A stretch of 64,000 nucleotides of DNA, from assembly GCF_009914755.1 (NCBI RefSeq), contig NC_060945.1; one strand, given 5' to 3'. Position 1 is the first letter of the stretch; the number at the start of each line of letters is the position of its first letter. This DNA comes from the human T2T-CHM13v2.0 reference genome, Homo sapiens. The notes below the pieces were generated by a model that searched no databases, had not been told where the DNA came from, and worked only from the letters and a program-made list of their open reading frames with translations. Positions 25,836-39,110 of this stretch are shown in pieces. The position numbers and the translations under genes were made by a program.

Positions 25836-26140
25836 TAGGGTCAGAGAAGTTCAAAATTTTTGAATTTCAGGAAAGTAAAATGGTGCATGTACCGAACAAT
25901 CCCCAAACCCGATGGTGGGATCTATTAATATTTAAGGGCAACACTCTTCATATTTCTGTGACACAGCACAGTCTCCACACCCTGAGCAGGATCATTAAAT
26001 GCATTTTTATAGTCAGTTCAGGTCAGAAACTGCTACTGCATGAGTCACATATCAGATCAGATTTTGCCATCAAATGAATTACAGAACAGGCTTTTCTGTG
26101 TATTTTAGACTTCAGAATTGAGGACAAGAGGTTTTTATCT
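25836..26140 (-). mobile_element. MER46C-like Tigger MITE
   Basis: GTCAGTTCAGGTCAG, TTTTGCCATCAAATGAATTAC and AAAGTAAAATGGTGCAT match the recalled consensus in antisense. Confidence 0.65.
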
Positions 26141-26512
26141 GGTCTTACAAATGCCAGTGCAGTCAGGGCCCAGGACATGGGGTCCATGAGTGAGGGGTCC
26201 TGGGGCTGTGAGAGATGGAGCCCACAGAGGGCACAGTGAGTTCGACTCCAGCGGAAGGAGACTCCTGGGCAAGAACGTCCAATGCCGCAGGACGTCAAGG
26301 TTTAGGTGAAGTCTCCTGGTTCATAAATGTTGTAAGATGACAAAATTTAAAGCGAGGGTTGGCAAGCCAAGAAAAGCTGACTTGTAATGTTGTCCAGCCC
26401 ATCGGGAACTCCAGGTGGACAAAGAGAGTGTGGTACCCGGGTGGCCGCCAGGCCCTCCCTGGATTGTCCTGCCTTTCCCGGGCTCTGCCTCACTCACTCT
26501 CCCTTTTCAAAG

Positions 26513-26658
26513 GTTCTGGTGAAGGATCTGAAGTGTATGGCCACACCAGTCCCAGAAGAGCCTGGGAGAAGGGAAGATGGTGAACACAGTGGAGTTCTGC
26601 TGCAAAGCCGAAGATGGTTCTGGCACGTGGCATGACCCACATGACTCAACATCAGGAG
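26513..26658 (+). other. Candidate 146-nt internal exon (non-coding)
   Basis: CTCAC branch motifs plus CTCTCCCTTTTCAAAG| acceptor; GAAG-rich body; GAG|GTAGAG (weak) donor. Confidence 0.35.
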
Positions 26659-26685
26659 GTAGAGCCTTAAAAATAACTCAAATAA

Positions 26686-26969
<284 letters not shown>

Positions 26970-27279
26970 TTAAATTAGGGTGCAACTCCCCCCCGCCACA
27001 CTGTCGTCACTGCTAAATATTACCATGCCTAAATTTGACATCCTCCTGATGAACAGGTATAACATTGATTCACAAGGAGTGCTGCTTCAGGTAGCTTTGG
27101 TCTGAACTCTAAATTTCTCTTCTCTCTCTCTTTCTTTCCTTTTTACTGTTTAGAATGAACTCTCTCTGGCATTATAATAACAGGGCAGCCTCCTAACTGT
27201 CAGGGTGGCTTCTGTTGCAACACCTAGATATTTCAAATGCAGGAGAGTGATCGGATCATTCCAAGGGCAGGCTATCCCA

Positions 27280-27749
27280 CACAGGCCCTCATCACCAGGT
27301 CAGCCCACACGGGCCCTGATCACCGGGTCATCCTGCACAAGCTCTAATCATCAGGTCTTCCCTCACAAGCTCTAATCACCGGGTCATCCTGCACGGGCCC
27401 TCGTCACCGGGTCACCCTGCACGGGCCCTCGTCACCGGGTCATCCCCCACGGGCCCTCGTCACCGGGTCACCCCGCATGGGCCCTGGTCACCGGGTCACC
27501 CTGCACGGGCCCTCGTCACCGGGTCACCCCGCACGGGCCCTGGTCACCGGGTCACCCCGCATGGGCCCTGGTCACCGGGTCGCCCCCCACGGGCCCTCAT
27601 CACTGGGTCGCCCTGCATGGGCCCTCGTCACCGGGTCATCCCCCACGGGCCCTGGTCACCGGGTCATCCCCCACGGGCCCTCGTCACCGGGTAATCCCCC
27701 ACGGGCCCTGGTCACCGGGTCATCCCCCACGGGCCCTGGTCACCGGGTC
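27280..27749. repeat. 28-bp CpG-rich minisatellite, 17 units (last one partial)
   Basis: Unit CACGGGCCCT(C/G)GTCACCGGGTCA(T/C)CC(C/T)(C/G); period checked at 27280, 27308 ... 27728. Confidence 0.97.
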
Positions 27750-27754
27750 TCTCG

Positions 27755-29155
27755 TCCTCCCTCTGCATTTGCTTTTGTAGATTCCACAGATGAGTGAGAT
27801 TGTATCATTTGTCTTTCTATGCCTGGCTTATTTCACTTAACATAATGCCCTCTAGGTTCATTCATGTTGTTGCAAATGGCAGGATTTCCTTCTTTTTTAA
27901 GGCAGACTAATATTCCATTCTGTAAGTATGTCACATTTTCTTATCCATTCATTCACCGATGAGCACTTAGGTCAATTCCATCTCTTGGCTATTGTGAGTA
28001 ATGCTGCAATGGATATGAGAGAGCAGACATCCCTTCAACATACTGACTTCCTTGGGTGTATATCCGGAAGTGAAATTGCGAGCAATCATATGGTAGCTCT
28101 ACTCTAATTGTTGAGGAGACTTCATATTGCTTTCCGTCATGGCTGTACTGATCCACGTTCCCACCAACAGTCATGCCTGCACTGATCCACGTTCCCACCA
28201 ACAGTCATGGCTGCACTGATCCACGTTCCCACCAACAGTCATGGCTGCACTGATCCACGTTCCCACCAACAGTCATGGCTGCACTGATCCACGTTCCCAC
28301 CAACAGTCATGGCTGCACTGATCCACGTTCCCACCAACAGTCATGGCTGCACTGATCCACGTTCCCACCAACAGTCATGGCTGCACTGATCCACGTTCCC
28401 ACCAACAGTCATGGCTGCACTGATCCACGTTCCCACCAACAGTCATGGCTGCACTGATCCACGTTCCCACCAACAGTCATGGCTGCACTGATCCACGTTC
28501 CCACCAACAGTCATGGCTGCACTGATCCACATTCCCACCAATAGTGTGCATAGAGGATAGTCCACATCCTCACCGGCACTTGTTTTCTTTCATCTTTTTG
28601 ATAATTAGGTGTGAAGTGATATCTCATTGTGGTTTTGACTTACATTTCCTAGATGGTTGGGGATATTAAGCATTTTTTCATATACTCATTGGCCTTTTGG
28701 ATGTCTTCTTTTGAGAAATATCTATTCAGGTCCATTACTTATTTCTTAATTGGGTTGTTTTCTTGATATTGAGTTGTTTGAATTCCTTATATATTTTGGC
28801 AATTAACCCCTTATCAAGTGTGTGGCTTGCAAATATCTCCTCCCATTCCATAGGGTGTCCCTCCACTCTGTTGCCTGTTTCCTTTGCTGTGCAGAAGCTT
28901 TTGGGTTTGATGTGATCCCATGTGTCTATGATTTTACTTTTGTTGCCTGTGCTTTTGGTGTCATATCCAAAATCATCATTGCTTAGACCAATGTCATAGA
29001 GCTTTGCCCCCTATGTTTTCTTCTAGCAGTTTGAAAGTTTCAGGTCCTACATATAAGTCTTTCATTCGTTTTGAGTTGATTTTTGTATATGTATGAGATA
29101 AGGGTCCAATTTCATTCTTCCACATGTAGATATCCAGTTTTCCCAACATCATTTC
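27755..29155 (-). mobile_element. L1MA/MB-like LINE, 3' UTR and end of ORF2
   Basis: TAGATTCCACA..TGAGTGAGAT, GCCTGGCTTATTTCACTTAACATAATG, TTTGCTGTGCAGAAGCTTTT. Confidence 0.92.
28136..28543. repeat. 34-bp minisatellite, 12 near-identical units, amplified from L1 sequence
   Basis: Unit GTCATGGCTGCACTGATCCACGTTCCCACCAACA; starts at 28136, 28170 ... 28510. Confidence 0.98.
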
Positions 29156-30789
29156 AGTTTGTTTTGTTCGAAGCTATTGAGTTGGTGGTAATTTTCTACA
29201 GCAGCCCCAGGAAATGAATACTGTGGTCATATTCTGAACATCTGAGTTTTCACAGGGGCCTCGTTGAGATAAAGTTTGATCCGTGTGCAAGGGTGGGTTG
29301 ACAGGGAAGCCCTGGGATCCCCTCAATCCAGGTTTGAAGCCTCCTTGCTGAACAGGGCACCTGCACCCCTCACCTGGGATGTGGTGCTAGCAGGACTTGC
29401 CTTGGTGGCTTCCTGGCATGACTAAAATTCAGATAATAGGTGGAGGGTGCCTGGCTGGGGCTAAACAGATGCATCTCCAAAAAGAGTTTTGCTCCAATCA
29501 AGGGAAAGGAGAAGGAGGCAGAGCCTATGCAAGCCCTCAGAACCTGGCATCAGGGAGTCTTCCACCGCCTTCACTCTCCAGATGGCCTTGCCCACATCCT
29601 GGAAAGCAAAGGACCCTGCCAGCTCTTCAACAGAAACATTCACACCAGGTTTTCCATCACTCCACAATCACCAGCTCTTTAGAAGGAGGCAGAGCAGCGA
29701 TCATCCCCTCCTTGCACAGAGAGTGAGATACAGAGTTCTGCACCCTCAAAGCCACAAGCACAAGCGTATCTAGACTTCAGCCTTCCAGGCTGCGAAATCA
29801 GCAGGAGTTCCTCTCATCCACAGGGACCTCCAACCCCAGGTCCTTCCAGCTCCCCCAGGCAGAGCCCAGCCTCCATTCCAGTGTCTCTAGCTTTCTGAGG
29901 ACTCTCTTCCAAGTCCTCCCTTATCTCTGCCCCCAGGCGAGAGGTGGCAGCTTCCTTCCTTCCTGCAGGAGTGGGAGGATGAGTGCTATTGATTCTCACT
30001 CATCAGCACCCACTTTGCTTTTGGAGGCGGCTTTGGAAATGCCTTTCCCAGGCTCAGCCCTTGCCTGCAGCCATGACCTTACCTGAAGAAGAGGATGGAT
30101 GAGGGACTGTCCCTAGGATGCAGGAATGGTGAAAAATGACGCTTGTGTTTACTTAGACCTCCTCACCAAGTCGGCCTGCGTTCTCCTCTGAGTTCCACAT
30201 GGGTCCTATGACGTAGGCACTAATGCCAGGCCCACTTTAGGGACAGGGAAGTAAGTACCTAGCAAAAGTCAGAGACAGGTACCACTGGGATATAAACCCA
30301 GCTCCGAATCCAGCACCACGCTTAAGAAAGCTGCTCTGTACCTTGTTGCCAAGTTGCTGCTTCTTTCAACTCCTAAATGCAGCATTTTCTTGTTCCTTCT
30401 CCAAATTGTTTCTCTGCTGAGCAGCTGCAGATGGAAAACCACCTACGATATTTACGTCTGCCAAAGCCAAACCTTCTCCAGTTTGGCAGGCATGTGAGAC
30501 TCTGGCACAGGGTGGAGGGGCCTCTCGCTAAGTCCCCTTGCTCCGAAGCAGGACAGCAGTTCCTGTCAAGCACCTGACATGTATGAAACAACTGTCGGCC
30601 CCACTGTGGAAACAAATGAAGACCACCCACCTGAGACCAAGCGCAGGCTGTGTATTCTGAGCAGGCTCTAGCGAGGGGGCCGCTTCCACCAGCTGCGTTT
30701 GGCAGAGACTCAGGGCAGGCAGTGGGGAGCTTGGTGGTGGACGACAGGCTCCAGGGGTGCCCCGATGAGGCCGTCTTCAAAAGGGAGCT

Positions 30790-30950
30790 GGGAAGGCTCG
30801 TGGAAGTGGACATCCTAGGGGATTGGCTAGGGGCGCATATTTGACTTTCTCTGGTTGGCTCTAAATTAGAAGTAGGAACAAAAATTAGAAAAGCTGGCAG
30901 TCATCAACCAACTCCTGACCATTCTGGCCTGATTGCTGCAAAGACTGTGA
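30790..30950. mobile_element. Probable old ERV LTR fragment (family uncertain)
   Basis: GGATTGGCT...CATATTTGACTTTCTCTGGTTGG...ACAAAAATTAG..AAGCTG.CAG resembles an LTR consensus I cannot name securely. Confidence 0.4.
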
Positions 30951-30966
30951 GTCTCTCCATTGTCTT

Positions 30967-31790
<824 letters not shown>

Positions 31791-31989
31791 TCTGTTTGTA
31801 TACTCAGTCTCTCACCATTTTAAGGGTGAGGAAACTGAGGCTTGAAGAGGTGAAACACCTTACCCAAGATGCCCATCGGTGGGTCACAGAGCAGTCCTGC
31901 TCCAAGATCCTTTCTACCAAGTCACCTCACTCATACAGGGAGGGTCACCAGATTGTGTAAAGATGATGTAACAGAAGAAAATCCTGCTC

Positions 31990-32678
31990 ACCCACTCATC
32001 CATTCATCCATTTATCCATCCACCCATCCATCCACCCATCCATCCATCCACCCATCCATCCATCCACCTATCCATCCATCCATCCACCCATCCATCCATC
32101 CATTCATTCATCCAAATATCCATCCATCCATCCACCTATCCATCCATCCATCCACCCATCCATCCATCCATTCACTCATCCAACTATCCATCCATCCATC
32201 CACCTATCCATCCATCCATCCATCCACCTATCCATCCATCCATCCACACATCCATCCATCCATTCATCCATCCATCCATCCATCCACTTATCCGTCCATC
32301 CATCCACCTATCCATCCATCCATCCACCTATCCATCCATCCATCCACGCATCCATCCATCCATTCATCCATCCATCCATCCATCCACCCATCCATCCATT
32401 TATGCATCCACTCATCCATCCATCCACCTACCCATCCATTTATCCATCCACTCATACATCCATTTGTCCATCCACCTATCCATCCATTCATCCATTCATC
32501 CATCCATCCATCCATCCATCCATCCATCCATCCATTTGTCCGTCCACCTAGCCATCCATTCATCCATGCATCCATCCATCCATCCATCCATCCACTCATC
32601 CATCCATTTGTCCGTCCACCTAGCCATCCATTCATCCATGCATCCATCCATCCATCCATCCATCCACTCATCCATGCA
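31990..32678. repeat. (CCAT)n/(ATGG)n degenerate microsatellite, ~690 bp
   Basis: Direct inspection; terminal ~70-bp block duplicated. Confidence 0.97.
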
Positions 32679-33344
32679 ATAATAATTTAGCCCCGAATCA
32701 TGCTGGATGCTTGGAGTATGAAGTCCGATATGCCACAGTCCCTACTCTAGTTTTGAGGTGTCCCTACTCTAGTTTAGGGGAGATAGACTCATAAAGAGTT
32801 ATTGTTGTTATAATATATTAAAATCTACAGTGACTACTTTCATGAAATACCTGGCCATTCACCTATATCCCGGAACAGAATGTTGTCAGTGCATGGTGAC
32901 AAGCATGTTCACCAAGGTGGTGAGATGGCAGAGATCTGTGTCTTCCCATTTATCATGTTTGATGTTTTCCAAATTGTCTGTTTTCCGAATGTATTATTTT
33001 TATAATGGGAGTGGGGATTCTTTAAAACTTCAATATTTCTATATTGTCTAAAAGTCGATTGGTTCTTGGGCCCATTTGACACCTTACCTAATCAACTCTC
33101 CATCCTTGCTGCTCAGAGGCTGCCCTCCCCCAAGACTCCCCCAGCCCACCCCAGAACACCAGAGCTTTGCAAACCTCCAGTTCTTGCTCACCTTGAATTC
33201 TGTCTGCAGCGTTCTTACCATCACCTTTGCCTGGAAAATTCCTTTTCCCTCAAAATCTAGTTTAAAGGTCTGCTTTCCTGTGTCACGTGGCCTGCCTGCC
33301 TCTATGATTTTCCCCCACTTTCAGTGTTCTTCAAAATGTGCTAT

Positions 33345-34340
33345 TTAATAGATGCATGATCTCCCCTATCAGTGCACCATAGTTTATTTCATCAACCCTT
33401 GGTATGGGATCATTTAGGCTCTTTCTGACATTTGCTATTATAAATAATGCCTTAATTAGCCTTCTCCTTCACAATCTTTGATCATATCTCTGTTTCCTTA
33501 GAATAGATTTCTAGAAATGGAATCTCCAGGGCAAAGAGTAAGAACACTTTTAAGGCTCTTCATACATAATTCAAAATTGCTTTCCAAACAGGTTGAACAA
33601 TCTGTGCTCCAGCACCACAGTGTAGGCCTGCCTGCAGGAAGTCATTATTTCAAGTGTTTGTTACTTTGACAGCTGAAGATGCCACTGTTTCATTGTTTTA
33701 ATTTGCATTTCTTTGACTGTCAGTTATTTTGAGCTTTGAAAAATGAGCTTACTTTAAAAAGTGTATTTATACAGTGTAGTGGTCAAGGGTGCAGGCTTCA
33801 GAGTCCAAGAGATGTTCAGACCCTGGCTCTGCTGATGAGGACCTAGTGACCTGGGGAGCCCTCGTGAAGATGAAATGAGGTCATGCACACAGGTCTCTCC
33901 GCTGGTGTCTGTGACCTGAGTGTGCAATCAACATTAGCTTCATTGTTCTCAGAGTTCTGAGAGCTTCCTTTGTTTTGTGCAATTTCTGTGCATGCTTTCT
34001 GACCAATTTGCTAGTGGAGTGTTTTTCTTATTAATTTAAAGGAGCTCTTCTATATATTTAGGAGTTCAACCCTTTGCTTGCCATATTTATGCTAATATTT
34101 TTTCAAATTTTTTCTCTTTGCATCATTTTTACTCCAGGAGATTTTTATTTTATGTATTCATACCTTCATTGATGGTTCCTTCCATTAATTTTATGCCGAC
34201 AATTTCTTCCCAGAACTGAGATCCATTAAATATTGTCCTCTAATATATATTGTTTTACATTTATCTTAAATTCACAGGCAAACTACCTTGGTATAAATTA
34301 GGGAAAATCTAACCTGATTCTTTTCCAGTGTCATTCAGAA
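33345..34340 (-). mobile_element. Old L1M (L1ME/MC-like) fragments with a MIR at ~33770-33945
   Basis: TTTGCTATTATAAATAATGC, AAATTGCTTTCCAAA, TTTAATTTGCATTTCTTTGA. Confidence 0.65.
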
Positions 34341-34439
34341 AATAATTCCCTTTTACGGACTCAAAAGCAGAAATGTGACATAATCAGATGTGTTTTTAAA
34401 TAGCTTGCTGGCTCCAGTGTGGTAGGAAAAAAAACAGCA

Positions 34440-34630
34440 ATCATAAAAAACAACCAACATTTATTTAGTACTTACTGTGTACAGGCTGTGTTCTGAGTCC
34501 TTTGCAGATATTCACTCACTCAACCCTCATAATCACCCCATAGGAAACAAAGGCTTACGCTGGGGTTTAAGTAACTTGCCCAAGGTCAGAGCTAGAAGCG
34601 GCTGAACCAGGGATGGGATGGAACCAGGAA
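34440..34630 (-). mobile_element. MIR
   Basis: AACATTTATTTAGTACTTACTGTGT...TAAGTAACTTGCCCAAGGTCA. Confidence 0.75.
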
Positions 34631-34933
34631 GGGGCCATCAGAGTTAAGCAGATAAGTCAACGCACCAGTCCAGATGAGGTAGAGGGACTGGCCTAGACCA
34701 CGGCAGGGAAAGGAGAGGAGATGGCATACTGGTCACGTATTGAAGATATGAGTCTGGGATTTGGCAGTCAACCACCCATTGCGGACCACGAGGACAAGGG
34801 AGAGCTCTAGAGCCCCATCTCAGCATGCAGCTGTTAAGTCCCTCAAAGAAGACTTGCACTTTCCGTAAAACCATCGCCTTCCTCTCCCTCACTGTTCCCA
34901 GCATCCCCGGACTGCACAGGGTAGAAAAGCAGC

Positions 34934-36098
34934 AAGTTTGGACCACAATCCCAAATACCGAAATCCCAAAAGATCAAAATCGCTAAAACCGCCAACATCT
35001 AACATCCCAAAAGTGGCAATTACAGGACAAGTTTTTTGTTTGTGTTCCTTTTCTTTTTAAAGTTTTTTTTTCACTATTTTAAATTGTCAGCATTTTCATT
35101 CACAGTTCTGCATGCTGTGTATTTCATCTTTGCATCATTTCCAATACTGGAGGTATAAATTGTATAGGGACTTTTTATTTTTATTTATTTATTTATTTTT
35201 GAGACAGGGTCTCTCTCTGTCATTCAGGCTGGAGGGCAGTGGCATGGCCACTGCTCACTGTAGCCTCCACTGCCCGGGCTCAATGGAGCCTCCCAAGGAG
35301 CCGAGACTACAGGCACACATCACCACGCCCGGCTAATTTTTGTATTTTTTGTAGAGACAGGGTTTCGCCATGTCATCCAGGCTTGTAGAGATTTTTAGAG
35401 TTCTAATTCTTTATGCATTTTTTGCAGATCTGACTTCATAAAAGTGAACTATCACAATGCTGCTTTGCAAGCTGTGTGTGAGTGTAAAAGCGTTGAAACT
35501 TCCTCAATAAATGAAAAGATATCTTTTTTGTACATCTGCATTTGTGAAAGACAACATTTCTCCAGATCTCTCTCAGCTCTTTGGGTGACTGCATATGTAT
35601 GTGGCGGGGACCCATCGAGGTTGCTGCGCGATCTTGTCAGTAGACTTAGGTTGTCCGTCACGGCACTTCAGGTGACCGCAGTTATACGCCAGGTGCACAC
35701 AATCACCAACCATAGCGATCTGCATTACCACATCTCCCTTTCTGACCCATTTCCTTATGAATACGGTTCATCTGCTCATAGTTGATATACCTGTGTGACT
35801 CTCATTAGCACACCTGTCTATGCTTACAAAAACATGTGTGTTCTTACTGCCTGTTTTATTAAAGTGGCCTATGAAGTGTTCCATTGTGCTTTTTATGTTT
35901 AATTTTTATGTTTTATGTTTAATTTTAAAACATACGTTTATGTTTTGTTTTTATGTTTCTCAAATAAATTCCCTTTTAAAAATGTAAATATTTTCTAACA
36001 TTTTAAAATTATTTTTTACAGAATCAGGGTTTTAGGATTCTGATTTTTCAGGATTTCGACACTCGGGATTGTGTCTATTGGGATTATGATGCACTCCC
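34934..36098. mobile_element. Ricksha (MULE-MuDR) non-autonomous DNA transposon with both termini
   Basis: Left GTTTGGACCACAATCCCAAA...GAAATCCCAAAAGATCAAAATC; right GATTTTTCAGGATTTCGACACTCGGGATTGTGTCTATTGGGATTATGAT; degenerate 9-bp TSD AAAAGCAGC/AACAGCAGG. Confidence 0.8.
35173..35383 (-). mobile_element. Truncated AluJ inside Ricksha
   Basis: (TTTA)n tail, GAGACAGGGTCTC...TTTTTGTAGAGACAGGGTTTCGCCATG. Confidence 0.9.
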
Positions 36099-36818
36099 AA
36101 CAGCAGGCCGGTCCTCATCTGTCCCAAACAGCTCAGATGCGGTGGGCACTGATGTGGCCGGGTGGGCTCTTCGTTCCCGCCCACTGAAATCCCACCCACC
36201 TGTTTCTTTTCCTCTTCTTCCCCCAGCCACTCCCTTCCAAGAAGCCTGGCTCTGGCCTGAGGTTCCTGGGGAGGGAAGGTCCACGCAGTGGTCCAAGTGG
36301 CCTGCCTGAGTCACACCTGAGCCATCTAGTCACTTCTCCATTAGCTCACACTCTCTGAGCTACAGAGGCTTCAGGTGGTGTTAGGGGGCCCAGTGATCCT
36401 CTAGTCGACCAGCTCTTGCAGAACCAGCCATGACTAGGCCAGTCATTCGGGGTGTAAGAAGCCACGGTCAGTCCTCACTCTGGACCCTCCGATCAGACGA
36501 CGGGCCTGCTGTTCTGAGACCGAGGCAGCATCTCTGCGAGGGCTGCAACAGCTGCTGGGCTGAGCGCAGACCTTCCTGATACGCCTCATCTGTGACCTCT
36601 GGGTGGATTTGAGCTCCTGGCTTTACCTCTATTGCCTATATGATCACAACAAGTTTCTTCTCTGTCCTCTGCTTCCTCTTCTCTAAGCTGAAGCCATTGA
36701 AGCATCCAGCTCAGTTTTCAAAAATTAATAGAGATTCATGGAAATAAGGTACCCACAGGATTGAGTCAGTGCCAGACCCATAGCAAACTCTCAAAATATA
36801 CTAGCATAAAAAAAAAAG

Positions 36819-37229
36819 TGTATTAGTCTGTTCTCACATAGCTATAAAGAAATACCTGAAACTGGGTCATTTATAAAGAAAAGAGATTTAATTGGCTCAC
36901 GGTTCAGCAGGCTGTACAGGAAGCATGGGGACATCTGCTTCTGGGGAGGCCTCAAGAAACTTACAATCATGGTGAAGACAAAGGGGAAGCAGGCGCGTCT
37001 CACATGGCCAGACCATGAGAGAGAGGTGGGGGAGGCGCCACACACTTTTAATCAACCAGATCTCATGAGAACTCTATCACAAGACAGCACCAGGTGATGG
37101 TGCTAAGCCATTCATGAAGGATCCACCCCAGTGATCCAACCACCTCCAACCGGGCCCCACCCCCAGCACTGGGGATAACAACTGAACATGAGATTTGGTG
37201 GGGACACAGGTCCCCACCTCACCACATCA
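36819..37229 (-). mobile_element. MSTA/MSTB MaLR solo LTR
   Basis: TGTATTAGTCTGTTCTCAC...GGCTGTACAGGAAGCATGG...ATGAGATTTGGTGGGGACACAG. Confidence 0.92.
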
Positions 37230-38254
37230 CACAATTTCTCTCCTTTCTTTCCAGGTAACCAGTTTGCAAGGGCTTGCCGTATCCTCCATAGATGGTGTAA
37301 TTGGAAACGCATTTGTGGGCGTGGCGGTGTGGTCTGGGGGAGGAGCCCTAGCCCCCCTCTCTCCTCCAAAACTCTCACTGGTCACAGATTCACGTGTGTT
37401 TATAATTCCTCATTTTAAGAAAATATCATGATTCCCATTTTACCTGCCATTTTCCCCTCAGATGGCTGAGGGAAGAGTCTGGGATGATGATTGGCTCCTG
37501 TGCTCTGAGTGTGCAAATGCTCCAAGGGTGCAGCCATGCTCTGGGCACTCAAGTCAGTCTTAGTCAGTGCTCCTTCCTCTTCTGCCAGCTCCTCCCGTTC
37601 CAGTGACCATTCCTCTTGCTGAACCGGCTGGAGAAGGCGCGCGCGGTCCCAGGCCGCTGTCTGAAGGGCTTTCCATTTGTCTCTGCAGACAATCTCATAT
37701 TCCTTTTCCAGCCTCTGATGGAAGGGGCGAGGGGGACTCCTCCAACCAGCTAGCTGTGCCTTTCTGACCCAGGCCCAGGGGCTGCTGCCTGCCGTGGCAG
37801 GTCACTGGCTGTCCTGGAACTTCCTGGACATTGCTGGTCTTGCATTTCCTATCGTGGAACACTTGCTCCATGACACAGGTCTACTTATCTGTCAACAAAA
37901 CCACCTCATTTACCTGCTTCTCCACCCACCTCCTTCCAGCCATCTCCGCCCCTGCCCTCACTGGTGAATGGATGAATTACCCAACATGGCTTTGTGCTGG
38001 GAGCATGGCCTGCCTTGGAGAGAACCACAAACAATGACCTGGGCTGCATGAAGAGTCAGGTCAGCACACTGGTGAGGTTAAGTCAACTCCCAGAGGCCAC
38101 GATGACAGGCCACGAAGAGTCAATGAGAGCCTTTTGGGTTTGATGCCCGAAGCACTCTGTCCCCCATCACAGTCTTTAGGGGCAAGTGCAGGAGCCTCCA
38201 GCCAGTCAGAAGACGTTTCCTCCAAGTGTGCAGCCATAGGTCATCAAAGCGAAG

Positions 38255-39110
38255 GGTATTTAGATTTCTCAAACAGAATCAGTAGGAGTTAGAGAGAGAG
38301 GGAAGAAAGGAGGGAGGGAAAGTTATTGGGAAGACCTGGCTCCCATGGCTATGGAGGCTGAGAAGCCCCACGCTCTGCCATCTGCAAGCTGGAGGACCAA
38401 GGGTGCTGGTGATGGTGCTGAGATTGAGTCTGAATCCAAAGGCCTGAAAACCAGGAGAGCGATGGTGGAACTCTCAGTCCCAGGGTCAGAGAAGGTGAGA
38501 GGAGATGTCCCAGCTCAGCAGACAGGAGGCATGAGAGGACTAATATGGTTTGGCTGTGTCCCCACCCTAATCTCAACTTGAATGTTATCTCCCAGGATTC
38601 CCACTTGTTTTGGGAGGGACCCAGGGGGAGGTAATTGAGTCATGGGGGCCAGTCTTTCCCATGCTATTCTCGTGATACTAAATAAGTCTCACAAAATCTG
38701 ATGGGTTATCAGGGGTTTCCACTTTTGCTTCTTCCTTGTTTTTCTCTTGCTGCCGCCATGGAAGAAGTGTCTTTTACCTCCTGCCATGATTCTGAGGCCT
38801 CCCCAGCCATGTGGAACTTTAAGTCCAATCCAACCTCTTTTTCTTCGCAGTCTCGGGTATGTCTTTATCAGCAGCGTGAAAACAGACTAATACAGGGTCA
38901 ATTTCCCCTTCCTCCACCTTTCGTTCTATCCAAGCCCTCAGGCGATTGGATGATGCCCACCTACACTGGGGAGGGCCATCTGCTTTACTGGGTCTACCAC
39001 TTCAAATGCTAATCTCTTCTGGAAACATCCACACAGACACCCCCAGAAATTATGCCTAATATGGGTACCCCATGGTCTAGTCAAATTGACACCTAAAATT
39101 AGTCATCACT
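38255..39110 (-). mobile_element. MLT2 (ERVL) LTR interrupted by THE1A
   Basis: ATGGAGGCTGAGAAG..CCA...CATCTGCAAGCTGGAG and GTCAAATTGACACCTAAAATTAGTCATCAC. Confidence 0.85.
38541..38894 (+). mobile_element. THE1A-like solo LTR
   Basis: ATATGGTTTGGCTGTGTCCCCACC...ATCTCAACTTGAA...CAGCGTGAAAACAGACTAATACA. Confidence 0.92.

Noticed and set aside
28136-28543. CRISPR-like regular array
   Set aside because: Head-to-tail repeats without unique spacers, in primate L1-derived DNA
31869-32690. 273-aa HPSI-repeat ORF
   Set aside because: Translation of (CCAT)n
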